From Promethearchaeota archaeon (lineage in GTDB: Archaea; Asgardarchaeota; Heimdallarchaeia; Hodarchaeales; Hodarchaeaceae): a stretch of 64,000 bases of DNA. Where the stretch lies: contig JBHLMN010000022.1 in the NCBI GenBank assembly GCA_048938105.1, positions 1 through 64,000 on the forward strand, written 5' to 3'. The notes below the pieces were generated by a model that saw only the letters and a list, made by a program, of their open reading frames with translations, was not told the origin of the DNA and ran no database searches. Positions 52,970-61,646 of this stretch are shown here, piece by piece. The stretch's first letter is position 1. Each line of letters opens with the position of its first letter. A program made the position numbers and the translations under genes.

Positions 52970-53458
52970 TTAAATATTCTGTTCCCGAAGTTTAATGATT
53001 TTTTCCTTAAATTCTGGATCCACTGGATTCAAAATAGGGATGATTTCTAAGTTCCCACGAAAATCACTGTCAAAAGTAATAAACGACTTAACCTGGGAAG
53101 CTAAGGCGATAGCTGCATGTAACGCATCAGCTGCGTAAAGATTGTGGTCAAAAATTTGTTTTCGGGATGCCATGATAGCAGATCGTGTTACAGGGATTAT
53201 CTTTAGCACTTTTTCTTCAACCATTTCTCCGAGTTCAGAGAGGAAGAAATCCAAAGCTAATTTTGCAGCTTTTTCTTCAATCTTCCCGAGATTGGCTTGT
53301 TTTTTTAAAGCACGAAACATTTCAAGTATAGTCCATTCACAAGTAATCCCCTGAAAGTTAGGAGTCAATTGATTAAGTAACCAGTCTGCAAGAGCATTAT
53401 TTTCAACAGGACAGTAGGCATTATAAAAAATATTTGTATCTAAATACACCCCCATCAT
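52970..53458 (-). CDS. vapC: PIN-domain toxin (VapC-like)
   Basis: VYLDTN, E, DALHAAIA, FITFD acidic tetrad. Confidence 0.9.
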   Translation of the reverse strand: MMGVYLDTNIFYNAYCPVENNALADWLLNQLTPNFQGITCEWTILEMFRALKKQANLGKIEEKAAKLALDFFLSELGEMVEEKVLKIIPVTRSAIMASRKQIFDHNLYAADALHAAIALASQVKSFITFDSDFRGNLEIIPILNPVDPEFKEKIIKLREQNI

Positions 53459-53691
53459 TCTTCTCCTCGTACCGATCGAATAACTTCAACTCCATCTTGA
53501 AACGGCCCCTTCTGTTTACTTTGCAGATATTCTTTCAATTCTTTACGGTTTTTAATTCCTAACTTGTCTTTAATATAAACATATATGCCGCCACGAACCG
53601 CTTCACTTCTAGAATTGATAATCCCGTCTTTTATCAGTTGGTCAATCCACTCTAAAAGCTCCTCATCAATAGAAATGGAGATACTTGTCAT
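53455..53691 (-). CDS. vapB: ribbon-helix-helix (CopG-like) antitoxin
   Basis: ISISIDEELLEWIDQL...NSRSEAVR; ATGA overlap with the PIN gene. Confidence 0.85.
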   Translation of the reverse strand: MTSISISIDEELLEWIDQLIKDGIINSRSEAVRGGIYVYIKDKLGIKNRKELKEYLQSKQKGPFQDGVEVIRSVRGEE

Positions 53692-54099
53692 AATTGCACC
53701 TTAGAATTAGTACTATCTGAAATGCTATTATATTAATAATACAAAATCAGTATCATTAAAATGTTACTATTACAATTTAATTTTCATCTAAATCAGGAGC
53801 ATAGATCCTCGAACACTTAAATCAAGGAATAGCATTTGATTAGGCTTGGAAAAAATCCGTTTCTTGGGGCATCAATGAAATGGATTAAATTGTTAAGTTG
53901 TAAGGGAGGATGTCTTGTAATTCTTGGATTTCGGCAATTTGAACCAGATTCACATGTATCAGGGGATTACACTGAGGAAGTCAAGGAGTCATTCATTGAT
54001 CAATACAAGGATAGGATCGAGAGTACTAGCTGTGAATTAACAGATCTGTGCAATTAAACCCAAGTCCAAAGATGAATTTTCTACAGAAATCAGATTTTG

Positions 54100-56055
54100 T
54101 TATTTTCTTCTCTTGACAATTTCTTTATGTAGTATTAAAGCTGCAGTTATTAGTACAATGATAATCAACCCTCCAATAACATTACTAGGATAATTATTGG
54201 CATCTTTTCTTGTGCCACTGACACTTGTACTAGTAGATTCCCCCAAGCTTGTGATAATAGTCGTATAACGAGAATTATTGATTGTGAATGTATTGTCAGA
54301 TGTATCAACATTCCAGATCCCTTCAGCACAGCTCACATTCACTTTGATCAAATAGTTGGTACCATCCGCTACAGTAGTAGTATCCCAGACATACCAGGTA
54401 CTCGTATAACGCGATCCTAGCGTGACCCATGTAATCCCACTATCGAACGAATAATAAACGGAATAACTTACTGAATGACCCCACGAATCAATACAATCTG
54501 TCCATAGAATCATGATTCGGCCTGAAAATGTCTCTCCACCATTAGGATACAACACTGTCAGACCAACTATAAAGTGATTTTGAGGCCTATTCGAAGATGT
54601 GAGCGGATAGATATCTTGGTTATTCACTGAACCAGCAATATCATAGGGTTCATCTACAATACCATCAGTATCATTATCTGGGGTTGTCCAGTCATTCCAA
54701 AAGTTAAAGGTGAAAATGTTACTTGAGCCATTATCTGCTGCTTGAGACCCCGTGGCAATGTTTCCAGAAAAATCATTGAATAGGACTCTATTATTATAAG
54801 AACCACCTTGAAGAGAAACCCCATATCCATAATTATTGGTAATGGTATTGTTGGATATTATACCATTATCAGAGGATTCAAAGTTTATTCCGTAGCCGCT
54901 GTTATTCGCAATGATATTGCTAGACAAGGTACAACTGTCAGAGTCAGATATGCTAATTCCACTATCATCGTTGTTGGTAACATTATTATCGAACAGAGAA
55001 TTTTCAGTAGAAGATCTCAGAGAAAATCCAGTTTTATTGTTGCTAGCGATAGTATTGCCAGAAAATACATTACCATCTGAAAGATAAACTAGAATTCCAG
55101 CCCTGTTGTTATTACTGATGGTATTACCAGATAAAATGTTAGAAAATGAAAGATCAAGACGAATTCCGTCCTCTTTGTTATTGACAACGGTATTGTTAGA
55201 GATTCTAGCTGTAGAGGTGGCTAGACTAATTCCAGTTTCGTTGTTGTGAGCGACAATATTTTCAGATATAGCAGCATTATCAGTGTTAAAAAGGCTAATT
55301 CCAATTTCGTTGTTGTGAGCGACAATGTTTTCAGATAAAGCAGTATTATCAGAGTTAGAAAGAGTAATTCCATCATCACCGTTGTTGTTGATGATATTGG
55401 TGGATAAAAGATTGTTAAAAGAGTTAGAAAGGCTAATTCCTTCCCTTTGGTTATAGCTAATAGTATTATTGAACAAATGATTGTTAAAAGAGTCAGAAAG
55501 GTGAATTCCCTCCCAGTGGTTATTGTTAACAGTATTATTGAACAGAGTGATACGCCCAGAATGAAGAATGTCAATTCCTCTCACGTTGTTCTTGGTGATT
55601 ATATTATTGGATAATTGTCCATTTGTCACATTACCAAAATAGATACCATCTTGGCCCAGACAAAAAAAGCAGTTACTAATTCGAAAATGTATATTAGTAT
55701 CTTGAATATTTATCAAATTATTTTCAAAGGGGCCTGTAATATTAAGATTACAAATAAGAATAGGAGACGAGGGGGTGCCATTACCAGGCCAATTATTTAC
55801 TTTTGCTAGTGTAATGAAATGAGCATTCCCCTCAATCCAGATTGGAGAATGGGTTTTATATTGGGTTAAGACATACGAAGAGGTTCGAAGCTTGTTTACT
55901 GAAGCCGACCAGGCCAATCCGCATACTTCAGATCCAGAATAATTCCTTGATCTATCGAAAAACCAATAATAAACTGTCACGGGGTAAATTAAGATTAAAC
56001 TGACAAGACAGAACATACTAATCAGCGCGAAACTAGACTTACTAGCTCTTCCCAT
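54100..56055 (-). CDS. NosD/beta-helix surface protein with Ig-like domain and TM anchor
   Basis: close paralogue of 3722-5491; PSNVIGGL anchor. Confidence 0.9.
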   Translation of the reverse strand: MGRASKSSFALISMFCLVSLILIYPVTVYYWFFDRSRNYSGSEVCGLAWSASVNKLRTSSYVLTQYKTHSPIWIEGNAHFITLAKVNNWPGNGTPSSPILICNLNITGPFENNLINIQDTNIHFRISNCFFCLGQDGIYFGNVTNGQLSNNIITKNNVRGIDILHSGRITLFNNTVNNNHWEGIHLSDSFNNHLFNNTISYNQREGISLSNSFNNLLSTNIINNNGDDGITLSNSDNTALSENIVAHNNEIGISLFNTDNAAISENIVAHNNETGISLATSTARISNNTVVNNKEDGIRLDLSFSNILSGNTISNNNRAGILVYLSDGNVFSGNTIASNNKTGFSLRSSTENSLFDNNVTNNDDSGISISDSDSCTLSSNIIANNSGYGINFESSDNGIISNNTITNNYGYGVSLQGGSYNNRVLFNDFSGNIATGSQAADNGSSNIFTFNFWNDWTTPDNDTDGIVDEPYDIAGSVNNQDIYPLTSSNRPQNHFIVGLTVLYPNGGETFSGRIMILWTDCIDSWGHSVSYSVYYSFDSGITWVTLGSRYTSTWYVWDTTTVADGTNYLIKVNVSCAEGIWNVDTSDNTFTINNSRYTTIITSLGESTSTSVSGTRKDANNYPSNVIGGLIIIVLITAALILHKEIVKRRK

Positions 56056-56090
56056 TCTCTTTCCCTATGAATTCATTCTATGAGTAAGAG

Positions 56091-56106
56091 AATATAAAGA
56101 TTCACT
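56091..56106 (-). promoter_or_regulatory. putative BRE/TATA promoter
   Basis: same 16-mer as 29265-29280. Confidence 0.7.
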
Positions 56107-56666
56107 TAATTTACTGTATTTTTTTTGGGATTTCCTAATTGGAAAGGATTAAGATAAACCCAATTAGTCCAATACAAATTCACATCACATCGATAGCTTT
56201 TCTGTCAGTTAGTTTTCGCGTCTCTCATTTTCTACAATGAATTATTCCTTAGTTATAATAGCATTCTTTCTTCTTTCAAGGTTTAAGCAAGATGAAAGTT
56301 GAATTTTAAGGCGATTTTAATTTTATTGATACAGTCGTTTGACCAAGTTAATTTTATCAGTCGTCACCATCTTTATCTAGGTTTAGTTTTGATAATTCAA
56401 TGTCTGAATAAGATTAAAATATCGCGAAATCAGAATGACTACCAATCTTAGAACAAGTACCCCCAAATGAAAACCCAGACCACATACAGACTTATTTAAA
56501 GAGAAAGCAATCACAATTGACATTATCTTTTGCTAAACATAAAGCAATTTTAGATAGTAAAAATGTAATTTTATCATCCAATTGGACTTTAATACTAAAC
56601 TTCAATTAAAAAAGAGGAATAGTTTTATATGTGGAATTGAAAGGATAAGAAGTATTTTTTCACAAT

Positions 56667-57293
56667 ATGTTGTTAATGAGGATGGATAAGATGAGTAAGT
56701 TAAATAATGCAAAAAAATGGATAGATCCAGAAAAAACAGACATTAATTGGGGTACAACCCTCGTATGGTTACTCCTTATGATTTTTTTATGGGCAGTAGC
56801 ACTGATACAAATCTTTGAATGGGATATTGCCATTTCTTCGGAAATTTTTCTTATTTTAACTGGAGGAATTGGGTCATATTTCATTGGAAAAACAGCCAGT
56901 GATGCAGAAAAGGAAAAAAATCAGTACTACAACAAAACCGTTAAAACCACCTTTGGAATAAGGCCTAAACTAGCGAGAACATTGTTGGCTCTTTCTCTAA
57001 CTGTGATTTATCTTTATCTCCTAGCTTTAAAGATGACAACAGATGCAAGTTTAACAATTTTTATTGACCAAACAAAATATGAAACCATCAGCACATTATT
57101 TTGGGCTGTTGTGGGTTTCTATATTCCAACTTTCTACTCCTTACTCATGGGACACCGAGAGTTACCTGTCGATATCGAAACAAAAATTAGGGGCTTAAAA
57201 GATCAAGGAAAAGATGCAGGAGCCATACAGAAAAATTTAGCGGAAGAAAATATAACTGTTCCTTTGAAGATGATATCTCAGTATCTCGAATGA
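56667..57293 (+). CDS. 4-TM membrane protein, unknown function
   Basis: two weakly similar TM hairpins (GSYF / GFY). Confidence 0.75.
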   Translation: MLLMRMDKMSKLNNAKKWIDPEKTDINWGTTLVWLLLMIFLWAVALIQIFEWDIAISSEIFLILTGGIGSYFIGKTASDAEKEKNQYYNKTVKTTFGIRPKLARTLLALSLTVIYLYLLALKMTTDASLTIFIDQTKYETISTLFWAVVGFYIPTFYSLLMGHRELPVDIETKIRGLKDQGKDAGAIQKNLAEENITVPLKMISQYLE

Positions 57294-57486
57294 ATAAAAC
57301 AATCATTACTATTATAGAAAATAGCATTTCAAGAGGTAGAAGTCTAGAAATTTAAAATATTCACAAGTTCCTGGTTATAAGTAATTATATCAAATTGGAA
57401 GTACAGTGGCTCTTGAAAGAATCATTCAAGGTGACTGGGAGGAATATCTCCAGAATAAGCTCCCCACTATATCAAACAAGTTATAT

Positions 57487-57708
57487 TAAACAGGACTTGA
57501 GAACTTGAATAAGAAAAAAGGTGTCGGAGTAATTCTATCTGTAATGGGGATTATTCTAATGTTTATTACTAGTTCTATAGAAAGAGAATTCTTTTCATTT
57601 GAACAATTTCTTTAGATATCATCTGGATTAATTGTGGGAATTGGTCTTTCTCTTCTTTTGAACTTTTCTTTATTCCAAAAAAAAGAAGGTAATTCTTAAT
57701 AATAATAG
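57487..57708 (+). pseudogene. pseudogene copy of the small membrane gene 50530-50730
   Basis: over 90% identical to 50518-50739; TGG changed to TAG at 57613-57615. Confidence 0.9.
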
Positions 57709-57719
57709 TAGAAAACTCG

Positions 57720-57890
57720 GTGATAAGATCGCTGGAATGATGGTCATAAAAGATCATTAACCCCCAGTTATAGGAAAGATGACATAGGGTTACTCCTAGG
57801 AGGGGTCTCTCCAAGGAAGAATGCGAGATGAGGACTCACTCCACCTAAATATTGCATGAGTGCTTCTTTACTCATGAATATTTCAATTGA
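57720..57890 (+). repeat. dispersed intergenic repeat family, full copy
   Basis: GGAGGGG 57799-805 / CTCCACC 57839-45 (33-bp spacer); outer symmetric boxes AGGAAAGATG / CTTCTTTACT. Confidence 0.85.
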
Positions 57891-58261
57891 AATTCATATA
57901 TGGTCTTGTTTTTGTAATACCTCAATCTTTCTTTTCTTTCCTGAATCCATTCAGTGCTCCGTTAAAAGTTGGTGAGCTTTACGATAAGTTTTTTTGTTTA
58001 AAGATTACGCTATATCCTTTTTTTTAATCCATTGACTCTTGTTTTTTTAACTTCCAACTCCAAATACAATTAATACTCCCCCGAATCCTATAAGGAAGTA
58101 AGCTCTGAACCTCAGGATTATTTTGATGGGTTTCGTGTACTCAGAAAATAAGTAGCTAGAACTTGATTAGTCTAATTCTAGGTGAGGTTTTTAAAGTAGA
58201 AAAATGTCCGTAATAAAATAAAAGCTTGAAAAAACCAATTTGATATCATTTCGAGTAAGGA

Positions 58262-59653
58262 GTGAGAGTCTTCTCATTGAACAGAATCTATTTGTCATTC
58301 GTGGTAATGGTGAGTGTTTTAGCTACAATAATGGTTCAATATGATGACAGCTCGCTTAGTTGTGCTCAATGTGTACATTGGAAACAATCACTTCCCCCCA
58401 AGAATAATGACCTGATTTCTGCCTCCTCTGAGATTGAAAATGAACTTTATAATGTAACTTTTAGGAATAATAGTTCTTATGCAATAGAAGAAGGAAATTT
58501 GCTTATCTGTAATCAGTGTCAAGCACTTAACAAGAGTAATATCACTTTCACTGGAAATGGCACCCTTCTTATCAAGAATTCGTATCTTTATTATATTAAA
58601 TTATGGGAAGACCTAGAAATCAAGGTCATAAATAGCACCATAGAATTCACGGAGATTGGCGGACATTCTAACGCCTTGTATCAAAATGTCCATTGTCAGC
58701 AAATCTTCTCGGAGGGAAATGCGACTATTATATTGATAGATTCTAAATTGTTAGCCAATGGGGATTCTCCGATCCCTGGATCGCCTTCTAGTGGGGTTTT
58801 CTTCCAAGCACAAGACTATAGTCGAATAATCTCAGCGTTTGATAAGAAAAACTGGAGTGGTGGACTTTGGGGAAAACCACGGGCAGGTATTATTTGTTGG
58901 ATAAATGGTTTAAGTTATAATGAGACTGATACATGTTATTATTTGAGGGGGAAAGGGGAACATGGGGAATTAGTTAAATTCGCATTCTACTTAGAAAGTA
59001 TGAGTTATAGCAAAGTGTATATTTTTCTTGACAATGTTTTGGATTCGATGATAAGCATCCAGAAATGGAGAGGATCTTATCTATTTAATACATCAAAGTA
59101 TGAAAACAGGAAATATACACTAAGGATCGTTATAAATAATTCTCACGCTGAAAATTCAATAAGGTTGGAAGTCAACATTGATGATCATCTCCTTACACGG
59201 CCGACAATTTTGACCCCTAATGGTGGAGAAATTTTATCAGGAGACGCTAAAATTCGATGGGAACCTATTATTTGTTCTGCAGGGCATTTTGTCAGTTATA
59301 CCATATCTTTTTCTAGGAATGCAGGATTATCCTGGTGGATAGAGGAGTCAGGTATATCTGATAACATGTATGTTTGGGATACCTCCATTAGAGTCGATGG
59401 TTCAAACTATTTGATCAAAGTGAATGCGAGCTGTACTGATGACGCATGGGTAGTAGACACTTCTGATGGAATATTCCAGATCCAAAATACTCCTCCTCCT
59501 ACGATTACGATTACAAATCCCGGAAGAAGGATCTCTTCTAATACAATTATCGATGGTATTCCTGTTATGCCTAGCAATGTTATTTCAGGATTATTAATTC
59601 TGGGGATAATAATAACTGTGATAATTCTACGAAAAATGATCGATCGAAGATAG
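58262..59653 (+). CDS. surface protein with short beta-solenoid, Ig-like domains and PSNVISGL anchor
   Basis: TPNGGE..W..GH.VSY..S..G..W..WDT..DGSNYLIKVNASC domain shared with the NosD family. Confidence 0.85.
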   Translation: MRVFSLNRIYLSFVVMVSVLATIMVQYDDSSLSCAQCVHWKQSLPPKNNDLISASSEIENELYNVTFRNNSSYAIEEGNLLICNQCQALNKSNITFTGNGTLLIKNSYLYYIKLWEDLEIKVINSTIEFTEIGGHSNALYQNVHCQQIFSEGNATIILIDSKLLANGDSPIPGSPSSGVFFQAQDYSRIISAFDKKNWSGGLWGKPRAGIICWINGLSYNETDTCYYLRGKGEHGELVKFAFYLESMSYSKVYIFLDNVLDSMISIQKWRGSYLFNTSKYENRKYTLRIVINNSHAENSIRLEVNIDDHLLTRPTILTPNGGEILSGDAKIRWEPIICSAGHFVSYTISFSRNAGLSWWIEESGISDNMYVWDTSIRVDGSNYLIKVNASCTDDAWVVDTSDGIFQIQNTPPPTITITNPGRRISSNTIIDGIPVMPSNVISGLLILGIIITVIILRKMIDRR

Positions 59654-60148
59654 ATATTCCAGCTACCTGGATCGATATATTCGTCATATCAACCCTCAAA
59701 GTGAGTACATAATCAGTAGTAAATCTCCCTCCAGTAAATATGTCCAAACCATTTATTCAGTAGAATAATTCCAATGAATGTGGATATGAATACATCCGTC
59801 ATGAAACCCAAAAAGATAATTGAAACCTTTTGATTAATATTTATCAAACTTCCAACCACTCTAGAATTTCTAGATTTCCCCCCATAAAAACCTTGATACA
59901 AATCTAATATAATACTAGTCTGGGATCTCTCGACTGGTAAGCTCCTCCTGACTCTCTCAGGGAAAAATAATAATGAACTTTCATCTATGAACAAATAGTC
60001 ATCCTCTAAGTAATAAGAATATTTACGATTTCAAGAAATTAACTACCCAAATATTTTAATAAGAGGAGAGGTCATTGATGTCATAGAAAATATATATCGA
60101 TAGTTATAATATTGATATTAATTTGGAGGAGATTTTATCTTAACGAGT

Positions 60149-61294
60149 TTGAAATGGAGTCGAAAACGTAATTATCGTAAATACAACGTTTTTCTTACCC
60201 TACGGTTAACTTTGACTATTTCATTCTTTATAACAATAACAGTAATTCCTTTAACAAGCATATTGAGCTACACTTCATCCAGTCTTATAACAATAAAAGA
60301 GCGTAGGTTTGAGGGAAATGAAGGAACAAGGATTACTACAAACTTGAACGATACTTTCTGGGAAAAAGGCCCCCCATTGCCAATCAATGATACAGGATAT
60401 GCTCATGCCTATAAGGGGAAAATCTATTTTGTTGGAGGAAAAGCAGTTCAAAAATACGATCCCTGGAAAGAACAATGGACAGTGATAAAACAAGAAGGCT
60501 TGGGTTATCACCCATTTAGCGGTGATAGTGCCTTAATAGGTGATAGAATTTATATGGTTCATGGATGGACTGATCGGAACACAACATATTATGATATATC
60601 ATCAAACTCCTTGGAAAGTTTTAGTCATCCGCAAAAAATGCGGTTAGATGTAGCTGTTGCCGCTGTCGATGATATTCTATATGTTTCGGGAGGATGGATT
60701 AGTGGAGGATCTGCTGTTAGAACAGTTGAAGCTTATAATCCTAAAACTGATAAATGGAGTTCGGTTCAGTCAATGAGTACTACTAGAAAGCAACACGAAA
60801 TGGTAGCTGCTGGAGGATTTCTCTATGTGATTGGAGGGTACAGTGGATCAGGATATAGAACTCGGACAAAAACAGTAGAAAAATATGACCCATCAACTGA
60901 TGAGTGGGAATATTTAGAAGATGTCCCAGCTTATTATACACAACATGGATCAACAACTACGCATGATGAAAGCATCATCATATCGAGTATCAAGAGGTCT
61001 ACCCATGTTTATAATTCTTCAGAAGAAAAATGGGTTCTAGGGCCAAGATATCCAGAACATTCAGGTATTATTTACTGGGCAAATTCTCTAACTTTTTTTA
61101 ATGGTAAAGTATATTCTATAGGATTGCGTGATTCACCAGGAAATTATTATAATTCAGTTTGGATAACCAAAATCTCTGAACCGACTGAATCAGAACCTCA
61201 AAGTTCATCTTTTGGCTCTCTAACGTTCATTTTTTCTCTGATTATCTTAGTTTTATTTGTAAATAAGTGTTTACGATCTAACGAGAAAACCTGA
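60149..61294 (+). CDS. secreted/anchored Kelch-repeat beta-propeller protein
   Basis: YVSGG..VEAYNPKTDKW and LYVIGG..VEKYDPSTDEW; N- and C-terminal hydrophobic helices. Confidence 0.9.
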   Translation: MKWSRKRNYRKYNVFLTLRLTLTISFFITITVIPLTSILSYTSSSLITIKERRFEGNEGTRITTNLNDTFWEKGPPLPINDTGYAHAYKGKIYFVGGKAVQKYDPWKEQWTVIKQEGLGYHPFSGDSALIGDRIYMVHGWTDRNTTYYDISSNSLESFSHPQKMRLDVAVAAVDDILYVSGGWISGGSAVRTVEAYNPKTDKWSSVQSMSTTRKQHEMVAAGGFLYVIGGYSGSGYRTRTKTVEKYDPSTDEWEYLEDVPAYYTQHGSTTTHDESIIISSIKRSTHVYNSSEEKWVLGPRYPEHSGIIYWANSLTFFNGKVYSIGLRDSPGNYYNSVWITKISEPTESEPQSSSFGSLTFIFSLIILVLFVNKCLRSNEKT

Positions 61295-61475
61295 TGTTAC
61301 TCACTGCTGAAAACTTGAATCCTTGAAGAGTTTCTAAACAAAAAATTATATGGCAGATACTCAATCAGATTTCTTTCGCTTATCTTTAACATAAATTGCC
61401 AGGACTGCCTTCAACACCACGTTCGTCAATTTCAAAGAGCTCAACAGCTTTGAACCTTTTATAACCATAATTACG

Positions 61476-61518
61476 CCAGTTATAGGAAAGATGGCATAGG
61501 CTTACTCCTAGGAGGGGT
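61476..61518 (+). repeat. dispersed intergenic repeat family, left-half copy
   Basis: 41/43 identical to 57764-57806; ends right after the GGAGGGGT arm. Confidence 0.9.
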
Positions 61519-61646
61519 ACTATTAACAATATTATGTAAAATAATTGTACCATAAACAATAAAAGTTTTCAAACAAAAATATATTAGGGATGGTGATCCA
61601 TAACTCAATAGCCTTTATATTATATGTGTCTTAGGAGGAAAAGAGG

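Noticed and set aside
57430-57470. gggaggaatatctccaga as another repeat copy
   Set aside because: The match is short and flanking similarity is absent; it may be chance.
24954-57890. Dispersed repeat as a CRISPR array or canonical attC
   Set aside because: Copies are kilobases apart and only about 70% identical, the 33-bp central part is homologous between copies, RYYYAAC/GTTRRRY ends are absent, and there are no cas or intI genes.
53836-59994. ORFs 53836-54057 and 59713-59994
   Set aside because: No recognisable motifs and weak starts; they cannot be distinguished from gene debris.
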